From Camelus dromedarius (lineage: Eukaryota), in contig NC_087472.1 in NCBI RefSeq assembly GCF_036321535.1, forward strand, positions 91,328,001 to 91,392,000: a DNA stretch of 64,000 bases, read 5' to 3'. Positions 14,260 through 26,307 of this stretch are shown piece after piece. The notes beneath the pieces were generated by a model. That model had not been told where the DNA came from and searched no databases. It was given only the letters and a program-made list of their open reading frames with translations. Within the stretch, counting starts at the first letter, position 1, and each line of letters opens with the position of its first letter. Made by a program: the position numbers and the translations under genes.

Positions 14260-14839
14260 TGTATAAGTTTTCCTGTATAACAAACCACCCCAAAGTGTAT
14301 ACTGGTTTAAAACTATCGCCATTTTATTTGCTCACCACTTGGTACGCCAGCAACTTGGGCTTGCGTCAGCAATTTGAATCAGCTGGATAATTCTTTTGTT
14401 GTTCTTGCTTTTGGTCATGAATGTGGCTACAGTCGTCTGGCGGCTTGCCTATGGCTGGATGGTCCCACACAGCCTCATTCACATGTCTGGTAGTCAATAC
14501 TGGCTGTCAACTGGACCTCCCTCTCCCTTGAACCTCATCATCAAAGAGGTTAGCCTGGGCTTCCTCACATGTCAGTTTCAGCATCCCAAGAAGTGAGAAC
14601 AGAAGCTTCAAGGTCTCCTGAGGGCTAGGTTGGAGCCGGCATGGCATAATTTCTGCTGCATTCTATTGGTTAAAGCAAGTCTCAAGTCCAGCCCACATTC
14701 AAGAGGTGAGAAAATAAACTATCTATTGATGAGAGAAACAGCTACACTGCAAAGAGTATGCCAGGAGTTACAGCGCAAAGAGTATGCATTCAGGGCTAGG
14801 AGTAATTTTTGCAGTCATCTTTGCAAACAATCTGCCACA
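14260..14839 (-). mobile_element. MaLR solo LTR (MLT1H-like)
   Basis: TG...CA ends (catctttgcaaacaatctgccaca) and 5-bp TSD tccag at 14255-14259 and 14840-14844. Confidence 0.82.
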
Positions 14840-16333
14840 TCCAGATTCACCAGTAGTGCAAAATTAGCCTAATTACCTGGTACATGACGGGGCTTCAGAC
14901 AAGGCGCACAGGACAGAAAAAAATGGGTTTGTATCTGACAGGAATAAGCTAGGTAATGATATGTGACTGTCCCTGAAGTGAAAGGGAGAAAACTCTGTAG
15001 ATGGAGAGGGGTCTTCTCATAGAGACCAAGGGTGGAAAGCATCTACTCATTTTACAGAGTACAGGCCTAAAACAGAAGGGCTAGAAAAGGTTGCAAAGGC
15101 TACAAGACAAACAGACTGCCACCCTCAACTAATTTCAGGGTGGAGAGGAGGAGAAGAAACTATAGAAAACTGACAGGAGAGAGCCTCCAAACCAGTATCT
15201 GAGGTTTGGTTCGCAGCCCCCAAGGACATCCTTTTATAGCACAGGGTAATGATACATGGTGACTATGATGATACCAATTCGTCAAAAACAATTTATATTT
15301 AAAGCTGTCTGTTAGAAAAATAGGAATTTATTTAGAACAGTTTCCAGCAAACATAGTGACACCCGTGACTTTAAGTTTTAATTCATAAGGAATTAAATTA
15401 TTTGGAAAAAATATTCATAAAGAAAACATTTATTCTACAAATCTGGTGAAGAATTAGAGTGTTACTATTTTTCTCTATACTTCTTTACCTGGTATTTCTT
15501 CTTTAGTCTCAGAAATATCCATAATACAGATGAGAATATGATTTACACCATTGCAGTTGTACAGTGCACCCAGGTACACACTGTGTGTTGTGCAATGCAC
15601 ACAACCACATATGGTATAAACCTACTTTCATGAGACCATCACTTACCTCCACGTAAGCATATGTTGAGTCCAGAAAACCCCATGATATAGACTGATGGTA
15701 ATGGCTTTCCTTGAGCTGTGCAGTCCACTGAAGTATGCGTGAGGTAAGTCTACATTCATAGGGCCATCATTTATTTCTGCACTGAGCATGTAGGAATCCA
15801 GAAAATTTATGGTTTAGAATGTGATGGGAATGGCACTCATTGAGTTATGCAGTACACCTGACTGAACATGGAATAAATCTTCTTCTGTGTGTCCATTAAT
15901 TACCACTACACTGAGGATATAAGTAACTCAGAAAGATACATGGTATAGACTGCGATGCAAATCACATTCATTGAATTGTGCAGTGCACCTAACAGTACCC
16001 AGAACACGTCTACTTTCATGTGTCCTTCACTAACCTCTACACTGGGCATATGCAAATCCAATGTGAACTGTAACACAGGCTGTGATGTGACTGGCACTCC
16101 CAGAGTTATGTAGTTCACTCATCTGTACATGGATTTTTTTTTCTACCTTCATGTGGTCACCACTTACCACCACATTAAACATACAGAGTATCTAGAAAGA
16201 TCCACGGCTAATATTAGGATGTCAATTGCGCTCCTTTAGTTGTACAATGTCCCAAATGTACAAGGAATAAATATACTTTAATATGGCAATCCCCTACTTC
16301 TACACTGAGCATATATGGAGTCAAGAATGATGA

Positions 16334-16489
16334 GGAGCATAGTAGGCGGAGGGTATAGCTCAAGTGGCAGAGTGTACGCTTAGCATGCTTGAGGCCCTGT
16401 GTTCAATCCCCAGTATCTCCTCTAAAAAATATAAATAAACAAACCTAATTACCACCCTCCCCCAAAAAACTAAAACAAAACAAAACAAA
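16334..16489 (+). mobile_element. tRNA-Ala-derived SINE (Vic-1-like) inserted into the tandem array
   Basis: ggagggtatagctcaagtggcagag (A box), gttcaatcc (B box), A-rich tail. TSD aagaatgatga at 16323-16333 and 16490-16500. Confidence 0.9.
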
Positions 16490-17474
16490 AAGAATGATGA
16501 ACATAAACTATGATATGAATGGTAATCCTTGAGTGCACAGTTTGTACAGTCCTTCATGGACTATGTTTACTTTCATGTGATCATCATTTGCCACCACATG
16601 AGCATATGAAGTGTCCAATAAGACCCAGGGCATAGATTGTGATGTGAAAGGCACTTCTACAGTTAACAGTGCACTAACCATACATGGAATAGATCTATCT
16701 CTATGCGGCCATCACTTAGGTCCACTTTAAACAGATGAGAAATCAGGAAAAAAACATGGCTAGTCACCTGTGATGTGAAAAGCACTTGTTTAATGTACAA
16801 TGTACGCTATCATTGAGGAATAAGTCTACTTTATTGTGGCCATCAATTATCTCCACATTGAATATGTGAAGAATCCAGAGAATCTAAGGCATAGATTGTG
16901 ATGTGAATGGCACTTCTTCATCGTGCAGTGCACTGAACTGTACGTGGAATAAGTCTACCTTCATGTGGGCATTGCTTACTACAACTTTAAGAATAGAAGA
17001 GCCCAGAAAACTCCATGGACTAGACCAAACAGTCAATGAAATTCATCCAGCTGTGCAGTGCATACATATAGGTATTAAATACATCTACTTTCATGTGGTG
17101 ATTTCTTACCTCCAAATCGATCATATGAGATTAGAAAGGTGTATCATATGTAATAGTATATGCAAGGCACCTTATGAGTTGTGCAGTGCACCAAAACTAC
17201 AAAAAATATTTCAATTTTATGATGTCTTTCATTACCACCACACTGATCATATGAGAAGTCCAGAAATATCCACAGCGCTACACCGTTGTATAAATGGCAT
17301 TCCTTGAATATGCAGTACAAAGAACCATTCATGGAATAAATCTAGTTCAAGGAAGCCATCATTTTCCTTTACATTGGACATACGAGCAGTCAGGAAAAAT
17401 CCATGATATAGACTGATGTGGATGGCAACCTTTGAGTGTATAGTGCATACAATTTCTCATGGCGTAATCTTTAT

Positions 17475-18309
17475 AAAAAATAATTAACGTAACATTATGC
17501 TAGTTTCAGGTGTACAATGTAATAATTCAATATTTGTATATATTGCAAAAATGATCACAAGTCCAGTTCCCATCCATCACCATACATAGTTATGAAAATT
17601 TTTTTCTCATAATGAGAACTTTCAAGATCCCCTTGCTTAACTGTCAAATACGCAGTGCAGTATTATTAAGTATAGTCACCGTGTTGTACATTATATTCCC
17701 ATGATTTACTCTCTTTATAACTGCAAATTTTCACCTTTTGAGTCCCTTCACCCATTTTACCCATTCCCCATCCCTACTCCCTGTCTCAGATAACCACTGA
17801 TCTGTTCTCTATATTCATAAAATTAGATTTCTTAATTTTTTAAAAATTCAGCATATAAGTGAGATCATATGGTATTTATCTTTTTATGTATTACTTATTT
17901 CATTTAGCATAATGCTCTTGAGGTACATCCATGCCATTGCAAATGGCAAGGCTTCGTTCTTTTTTAGGGCTTAATAGTATTTCATTGCATACATATAACA
18001 CATTTTCTTTATCCATTCATCCATTGATGGACATTTAGGTTGTTTCCATGCCTTGGGTATTGTAAAAAAAATGCTGCAAAGAACATATGGGTGCATATAT
18101 ATTTTCTAATTAGTACCCAGAAGTGGAATTGCTAGATCATATGGTAGTCCTATTTTTAATTTTCTAAGGAAATTAGTCATTGCATCAATTTATATTCCTA
18201 CCAAGTATACAAGGGTTCCCTTTTACCCACATCTTTGCCAATACCTATTTCTTGTCTTTTTGGTAACAGCCACTCTAACAGATGTAACGTGGTTTTGATT
18301 TGCATTTTG
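17475..18309 (-). mobile_element. L1 (L1MA-like) 3' end inserted into the tandem array
   Basis: cattttctttatccattcatccattgatggacatttaggttgtttcca antisense L1 motif. The array unit resumes at about 18310. Confidence 0.88.
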
Positions 18310-19619
18310 CATAATCCTTAATTACTGTGGAAATCACTTCATCCTTGAGCATATGAGGAGTCCAGAAAGTTCTATGCCATAAATTAGGATGTGACTGACA
18401 TCTTTAAGTTTTGTAGTGTACCAAAATTTACATAGAATATATCTATTTGAATGTGACATTTACCTCACATTAAGCATATGGGTTCAGAATTCATCATGCG
18501 ACTGGCAGTGCACTCAACTGTATATACAATAAGTCTAATTTCATTAAGCCACCATTAACCTCCACAGTGACTATATGAAGAATCCAGAAAGACCCATGAC
18601 AAAGCAGAATGTAGCTGTCAGTCCCTGAACAGTACAGTATACTCAACTGTAAGTGAAATAAGTCTAAACTCACATGACCAACCCTTACCTCCACATTAGC
18701 ATATGAGGAGCCCAGAAATAACTATACAATTTACCAAACAGTGAATAGCATCTCTTCAGTTGTACAGTGTACCCAAATGTACAAGGATTAATTGACTTTC
18801 ACGGGGTCATCATTTACTTCCATACTGAGCACATGAGGAGACCAGAAAGATCTATGGCATAGACTAAGATATGACTGGCACCACTAGTGTTTTGCAGTGC
18901 ACCCAAAGTACATGGCACAATCAAACTTCTTATAGCCAACACTTACTTTCACATTGAACATATGAGAAATTCAGAAAGATTCACTGCATAGACTATAATA
19001 TGAACAGAATCCCTTAAGTTGTGGAGTACACCCACATTTATTTTGATGAGGTCATCACTAACTCCACATTGACTATATGAGGAATCCAGAAAGTTACATG
19101 GTATATACTGCATGTAAATGACACCAACTGAGTTGTGTAGTGCAGCCATCAGTACATACCTAAATTCTGAGCATATCAGGAGTCCAGAAAGAGATGCGGT
19201 ATAGGCTGATATGGATGGCATCCTCTGAGTGTGCAGTGCTCACAAGCAAATATGGAATAAGTCTTCTTTTATGTGGCCATCTGTTACCTCCATATCGAGC
19301 ATATAGAGTCCAGAAAGATCTGTGGGATAGAGTAGAATATGAATGGCACCCCCCTTCAGTTTTGCAGTGCACCCAACTGTACATAGTCATCATTTACCTT
19401 CACACTGAGTATAGGAGGAATTAAGAAAGATTCAAGGCATAGACTGTGATATGATTGGTGCCCCTTCATTTGTACAGTCCTTTCAACCATATACAGACTA
19501 AGTCTACTTCTATGTGATACTCACTAATTCACATTCATATATGAGAAGCCTGAAAATTTATGGTGTAGACCATGATAGAAAAAGCACCCCTTCAGGTGTT
19601 CAGTATAGTAATGTGTACA

Positions 19620-20073
19620 TGGTAGACCAAGTCCCAATAGCTATCCATTCTTTTTTCTTCCATGAATTTCAAAGTTCAGATTCCCTGAATTTTAGCCAGG
19701 TAAATAAACACCGAAATAAAAACAATATTTCTCAGCCTCCTTAACTAATTGTGTCTATGTAACTAAATTCTAGATCATGTGTATAATACATATGAAACTT
19801 CCAGATAATACATCTTTTCCTCCCCTACCCCATCTTTCTGCAAACTTGAATGAGACTGATAGTTGAGGCTAAAGCACTCATCTTGGGTCATGAGGCAGAA
19901 GCTACATATTGAGGATGTTAAAGCAACAAACTGTAATAGGCCTGGACTCTTATTGAAGGCAGTCACTATACCAGCTCTAGACTGCTACTTTTCACTGCTC
20001 ATTTGAAATCTATCTTGCTTAAGCCATTGTTAATTTAGGATATGAGTCACACACAGCCATTCCAAATCCTAAC
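19620..20073 (+). mobile_element. MaLR LTR (MLT1J-like)
   Basis: atttctcagcctccttaact, cttgcttaagccattg and ccaaatcctaact motifs. Confidence 0.6.
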
Positions 20074-20476
20074 TGTGATGGTTAATTTTATGTATCAATT
20101 TGACTAGGCTATGGTGCCTGGTTGATTGGTCAAATACCAGTTTAGAGGCTGCTGTAAAGGTATTTTTCAAATGTCTTTAACATAAGTAGACAATAAGTAA
20201 AGCAGATTATTCTCTGTAATGTGGGTGGGCCTTATCCAATCAGTTGAAAGCTGTAAAAGAAAAGAGTGAAGTCCATCTGAGGAATTCTGCCTCCAAGTAT
20301 CTTTTGGACTCAAGACATCAAGTTTTTGCTGGAATTTCCAGCCTATCAGGTTTCCCTGCAGATTTAGGACTTTCCAGCCCCTGCTATCATATGAGGAAAT
20401 TAGAATATGAGGAAATTCTCTCTCTCTCTTTCTCTCTCACACACACAATTTGTTTCTCTGGAGAACTCTAATACCA
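20074..20476 (+). mobile_element. ERVL LTR (MLT2-like)
   Basis: tgtgatggttaattttatgtatcaatttgactagg ... gtttctctggagaactctaat. Confidence 0.85.
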
Positions 20477-20526
20477 CCAACTAAGTCAGTTTCCAATTTA
20501 TTTCACTTTACTATATTCTTTTTTAC

Positions 20527-20696
20527 AGGATGTATAGCACAGGGAAATATACACAAAATGTTATGATAACTCACAGAAAAAAATGTGACAATGAGTGTGT
20601 ATATGTCCATGAATAACTGAAAAATGGTGCTGAACACTGGAATTTGACACAACATTGTAAAATGATTATAAATCAATAAAAAATGTTAAAAAAAAT
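20527..20696 (+). mobile_element. Short L1 3' terminus, distinct subfamily
   Basis: gtatagcacagggaaatatac ... aataaaaaatgttaaaaaaaa. Confidence 0.75.
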
Positions 20697-21879
20697 TCCC
20701 TAATGTTGTAGAAACTAGTTGGGCAAGCCACTTCATACCTCCAAAATTAGTTACAAATAGGTAATAATTAGGCAATAACACTCTGTTTATCACAGAGAAC
20801 AAACATTTGAGGACAAAAGAGTTGTGTCTGTTTGAAAAACAAAGGCATTTATGAAAGTACTTATAAATATGCAAAAATTATAAATAAATATGAGAGTCTA
20901 TTATCTTTGACATCTAAAGCTAGCTATTAACCAACTGTCAGGTAAAACAACTTATTAAACAGCTCAAAAGAACAGACTTTGTAGGTTGTAAAGAGAGACT
21001 GCCTCATTTCTAAGTGCTTCAAACAAAATTTCAAGTGAATGTTTGTAAGATGCCATTTATGACTGGGATATTTTGTCTGGTTATTGGGTTGAGTACGATG
21101 GGAAATTGGTAGACTAGGTGCTCATGCCCAGATGCCCATCATCAGGATTTTAAAGGGGTTCTGGAGGTCCTGTCAAAGTTGGGTACCAAGAGGCATGTCT
21201 TTTCCACCTCAACCTGTATAGCTGGACCTTAGCATCAGGAATTCACTAGCTCATGGAATATCTCTTGTCCTTGACCCAAAGGGTAGCCCATGTTTCAGGC
21301 CTGTTCCTTTCACTTCTCTGGTTATAAAGAAACTACTTAAAAAAAAACAAAATAAAACACACTTCTCTTTTTTGATATATTCCATGTACATAATTCTCAA
21401 TATTTGAAGTTTGGCCTCATTGTCTTTGTGGCATCCCCAAACTCCTTCTGTTATGGGGATTTGATTACCTCTGTCTCAGTTCTCCCCAATACACACCAAT
21501 CATTCTTCCATTAAGCCCACTGGTTTCTGCACATGAATATCTTCCTAGTTCCTCATCATGCCCCTATGCCATCCCTAAGACTGATTATGCATTCATCATA
21601 CTAACTCTCTTATTCTCTGGTGTATCTCACTCCTTGGCATTGCTCCTGGGTCTATATGTTTTTCTTACCTATACATGTTCCTAAAACCTCCTAAGCAGAA
21701 TCTCTTTTGCAGGGGAAATCTGGGTTTTAGCTTGCTTAATCTTAGGTATCACTGTCACTCCTGTTCTTCAGGCCATTTCTGCCATGGGAAAAAGGTCAAG
21801 GGCCATCTCTTGAAAAGTGGTATTTGGAACAAGTCTGCAACAGTTTTAAAAATTAAGTTTCTGGTGGAAAAGCTAATGT

Positions 21880-22152
21880 AGACACACTGTACAAAAGTTA
21901 CTGGGGGGAAAGAGGGTGGGAAGGGATAAATTGGGAGTTCAAGATTTGCAGATAGTAACTACTATATATATAAAATAGATAAACAATAAGTTTCTTCTTT
22001 ATAGCACAGGGAACTATATTCAATATCTTGTAGTACCCTATAATGAAAAAGAATATGAAAACAAATATATGTATGTCTATATGTGACTGAACTATTATGC
22101 TCTACACCAGAAATTGACACATTATAAACTGACCATACTTAAATTAAAAAAA
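21880..22152 (+). mobile_element. L1 3' end
   Basis: gggtgggaagggataaattgggagttcaagatttgcag, same family as 5577-6048. Confidence 0.85.
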
Positions 22153-23052
22153 GTGTAAGAAGTTCCCTAGGCACCTAATTCTTTTCTTTAGAGGTAATCA
22201 AAATGACAAGTTTCATGTGAATTCTTCCAGAGATTTCCCTGCATTTAAAATACATACACACACACAGAGAAGCATACTGCACACATTATGTAAGCCCTTC
22301 TTTCCATTTAACAATATATCTTAAAGACTGTTTCATATCAGTATACATACAGCAGATTCATTTTTTTTTAAAGCATTATGCTCTGTTATATAGATGAACC
22401 ATTATTTACATATCCAACCCCTTAGTGGGGAACACTTGGGTAATTTCCAATCTCTTGGAAAAAAGCTGCAACGGCTATCCTTACACATACATCATTTCAC
22501 ACACATGTGAAAATAACTCTATGATAAATAAGTAAGAGTAAAATCACCCAGTCAGAGGGTTAGTGTAATTAAATTTTTTACAGTTATCTTTGCCCATTTG
22601 TGTAGGGGAAAAATGAAACCACTTTCTAGTTTCAATTTACATTTCTCTAATTACAGTGAAGTTGAACATTTTCTCTCAGCAAGTTTTATAGACTTCATGT
22701 TGACTGTTGCATCTGACACTAGCTGCAGTCTGAACAAATTCTCCATTGCTCTAGACTACCCTCCTCTCCTCAATGTTCACTTAGGGAAGTGTGAAGAGGT
22801 TGGTGTTCTTAAGCTGACAGGTCCCTAGCAGTGAGACCCCAGATGGTACAGCACCACCACAGCTTCTGTCCTCTGCTCTGATTTCCTCCCTTTTGATTCA
22901 CTGATGGTTATCTCAGTTTTTCTCTACCTGAGGATTATGGTATTTTCAGCCCTGTGTGGAAGGAGACGACTAGAAGTTTCTTCTACTCATCTTGGCTGGC
23001 CAGGGTTTTCAAGGGTCTCTGTGTTGGTCAGTCAGAGAAACAGAACTACCAG

Positions 23053-23058
<6 letters not shown>

Positions 23059-23090
<32 letters not shown>
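23059..23090. repeat. (AC)n microsatellite, within an MLT2-like fragment
   Basis: About 16 AC units seen directly, followed by TA-rich sequence. Confidence 0.9.
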
Positions 23091-23092
<2 letters not shown>

Positions 23093-23814
23093 TTGTATAT
23101 TATATATAATTTGAATATTATAATTTATATATTATAGATAATCTGTATATTATACTTTATACTACATATATATTTATTATAGGGATTTGACCTTATTCAA
23201 TTTTGGGAGCTAATTAAAAAAATCTACTTAAGGCTGTTGATGCTGGAGCTGGCTTCAGGCAGGCAGCTGGGAGGGAAACAACCATGAATATCCACCCTCC
23301 CCACTTGTATTTTATCTTGTGGGCGTTGACCCAGGCCTGATTGTGCCTCTGGGCCAACATTTCCTTTTAAAACTAGTTCCTCAGCTTCTGTCCCCGGGGC
23401 ATATTCCCAATGTAAGTCACACATCCAAGGGCAGGGAACCCATATCTGGGACAGATATCATGTCTTCCTTTTCATTGCCAAAGGTATCTTTGTACAAACA
23501 GAGTCCTCCTGACCTTTCTTATTCACCAGTTTATCAGGTGAGCCTGAATGCCAGCTCAAATGAAGGCTGAGGACAGGGCTCCACAAGGCACGCTAGGTCC
23601 TTCCCAGTGGGGGTCCCTCCCCCATTTTTCTGGCTCTTCTCCTTCTGTTCCCTTCACATCCACCCCGCCCACCTTATCCTTCCTCTCTTCCACTTTTAGG
23701 TCTTTGTGCTCTGCTTACTGGGAATTACTGGCTGTTTCCTCAACAAGCATCGGCTTTTACATCTCCTTAACTTTACCCATACTGGTTTCCTCCTTGAAAT
23801 ATTCTTTTACCAAT

Positions 23815-23957
23815 TTTTTTGGCTTTTTTGGAGGGGGGCTAATTAGGTTTATTTATTATTATTATATTTTATTTAGAGGAGGTACTGGGGATCAAACCCA
23901 GGACCTCGTGCATACTAAGCATGCGCTCTACCACTGAGCTATATCCTCCCCCTCCCC
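23815..23957 (-). mobile_element. tRNA-Ala-derived SINE (Vic-1-like)
   Basis: ggaggtactggggatcaaacccaggacctcgtgcatactaagcatgcgctctaccactgagctatatcctcccc. Confidence 0.9.
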
Positions 23958-24491
23958 TTTCACTAATTTCTACTTGGAGGCTGCATCTTCATTCTTCATG
24001 ATGCAGCTCTAATGTTTATTCACCTGTCAAATCTCCCTCAAGCTTTTTGCCCATAACTAGTTACTTTAGTAGCATCTTTTAAAATAATTTTCCTACTAAA
24101 ATATTTATGCAATTTTAACTTGAAACTACTTATGACTCAACCTTGGTAGTCTCTAACTGGGAAATCAAACACAGACTTCCAAGTCTTGTGATTGATGGCA
24201 GGAGCCATCTCCTAGCCTCTAGCACTGGGGATAAGGTAAAAAAAAAATACTTAAAATGTGCATGGTGAAATGACCAAACAGATAAAGAAGCAATGATGTA
24301 GAAGACAAGACTGCATGTGGGAGGTTTATGGCAATGCCACAGCCGAAGGCATGGAGAAATGACAAGCACTGCCCTAGTTCTTGGAGTGACAAGTTATCTC
24401 AGAAGATTAAGGAGGCAGTCTGCTGGAATCCTTGACTTCTTAGTCAAAGTGCTTTGATCAAGGTGCATTTGAGGGGAAGAGGAACAGTTCC

Positions 24492-24956
24492 TGTGAAGGA
24501 AAAGCTGGGCTGGTCTAACAAGGTAACTCACAAGTCTAGGAATGTGAAGGAGAGGCTGGGCTGGGCTAACAAGATAACTCACAAGTCTAAGTAATGGAAT
24601 ACTGATCTGAGTTCTGCTGGACTAACTTGTAAATCTAAGTTAATTAGTGTTGGTTTGCTGTTTATATTTTTTTGCTAGCCAGCTGGATTTTCAAAGATAC
24701 ATATCTGGCTTTGGAATGTTGGTTTGCTGCCTCCCCGCCTCCACTTTTGTGATGATAATGCTGCTAAAGCTGTTCCATGCCTATTGGCCGAATACCCCAA
24801 GCTTGTACTTTACCCTACAAAACCTCATGCGCACGTCTTGGAGGTGCTCAGAGCTTCGGAGAAGAAGCCCCTCTGAGCCCGCCAGCGTAATACATCTGAG
24901 TACTCCAACCCTCCGAGTGGTGCTTGTTTCTTGACTGGCCTGTCGTTTCCGTAACA
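24492..24956 (+). mobile_element. Young ERV1-type solo LTR
   Basis: TGT...ACA ends, perfect 4-bp TSD ttcc (24488-24491, 24957-24960), retained CpGs and a 51-bp tandem duplication at the 5' end. Confidence 0.88.
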
Positions 24957-26307
24957 TTCCTAAAATTGGAACCTGTCCCAGTCTGGGCAGTGGGCTGAGG
25001 GTTTTTGTGGAATAGCGACTTGGGAAGGGATGCCCTAGATGATTCTGAACTGAGGCTACCCTGAGGAGGGGGCTCTCAGGTCTTGGATTTCTTGGCTGTT
25101 TGAGGATGTCTGGATAGACACAAAGCTGTGCCTTGTGGGTGTGTATTTACAATAACAAACGAGGCACTCAGTATACTAGTGGATAAATAATAGAAAGTAT
25201 CTCTAGCTTCAAACTGGGCAATCATTAGGAAGATATATATATATATGGAAATGTGTATGGTACATTTCTGTAAACAGTTTTTTCCCTGGCTTTTCTCCTG
25301 TTCCTTGAATTTCTATAATTTTGTCTTTTATACATGGCAATAGTCCAATCATTTTCAAAAGACTTTAAAAAGCAGTTGTAGGTTTACAGAAAAATTAAGC
25401 AGAAGGTACAGAGATTTCCCATTCACTCTCTGCCCTCACAATGCTCATTTTATTTTCCACTTTATTTTCATATATAAGCAAAACATATTAATTATAAAAA
25501 GTAAACCTCAAATAAGCAAAAAGGGAGGGGAAGGAAAAACTTTTCCCATATATTTTAAAGATAACCACTGTTAATTTTTGTTGGCTCCCCTTATGTAGAT
25601 AAAAATTTTTCTTAATAATCTTGCTTATAACATAATTGGGTGGCAAATAACTTCTTATACACTATAGTTTTATTTTTCACAGATTTACTCTTTTTTGTAC
25701 AAAAGGTAACTCATGCACAAAATATCAATTTCAAAAGTCAGCAAAGGGTATATAGCTTCTTTCATACCTTCCCAGATATAATGTATGTATTCAGAATTGT
25801 TTATATGTGTGTGTGTGTATACATATACATTTCCCCCCTACATAAATGGTAGCACACCTGAAACATTACTCAGGATCTTTCTTGTTTATTACTTATGATA
25901 GATCTTGGAGATCTACTACATTTTAGTTCACTGAAATTCTCAATACTTTTGCTAACAATTTCTCAATAATTTTACTTCTGGCAAGAACTATTAAAGTCAA
26001 AGATAACTTCTTCTGAGTAAGTCTAATTGAGACGATTAAGCAATTAAGGAGAAGATAATGCCTTTTGAATGATACTCAGAATGGCTGGTAGCAGAAGGCA
26101 CAGGAATGGGGATTAGGCAGAGAGCTGGGACTGTGGATTGGATGGGAGGGGACCGGCCAGAGGCTGGGGAAGGGTGGGGAAGACGCTGATCAGTTCTAGC
26201 TGGGAAGAGAGGCTGCTGGGGAGAATGGGAGTGGCTGAGGTCAGTGACTAGAGATTGGAAAGGAAAGGGAAATTTGTGGGGAAGAATGAGCAAGAACTAT
26301 TGAAAGC

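Larger units (their letters stand above)
15505..19622. repeat. Degenerate tandem array, ~131-bp unit, about 25 copies, interrupted by a SINE and an L1
   Basis: Recurring anchor (t)ccagaaa and variants at 15510, 15671, 15799, 15929, 16059, 16193, 16323, 16616, 16744, 16876, 17004, 17132, 17261, 17391, 18363, 18485, 18585, 18713, 18843, 18972, 19087, 19185, 19311, 19423 and 19550. Modal spacing 128-130. Confidence 0.92.

Noticed and set aside
15181..15250. YLRFG neuropeptide-like motif and CCAAACC/GGTTTGG inverted repeat
   Set aside because: No basic cleavage site after Gly, no signal peptide or exon context; expected by chance.
15821..15914. Box C/D snoRNA cluster (GTGATG ... CTGA about 90 nt apart in the units)
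   Set aside because: The C box is imperfect in the units inspected, there is no terminal stem, and head-to-tail spacing does not fit vertebrate one-per-intron processing.
16345..16420. tRNA-Ala gene
   Set aside because: It has an A-rich tail and a TSD, and there are five diverged copies in the window, so it is a SINE.
15505..19622. CRISPR-like array
   Set aside because: Whole units are homologous with no unique spacers, the context is mammalian, and there are no cas genes.
15906..19744. Array as a repeat-protein coding region (several 60-134 aa ORFs on both strands)
   Set aside because: The unit is about 131 bp, not a multiple of 3, with frequent indels and stops. ORF similarity simply reflects the DNA repeat.
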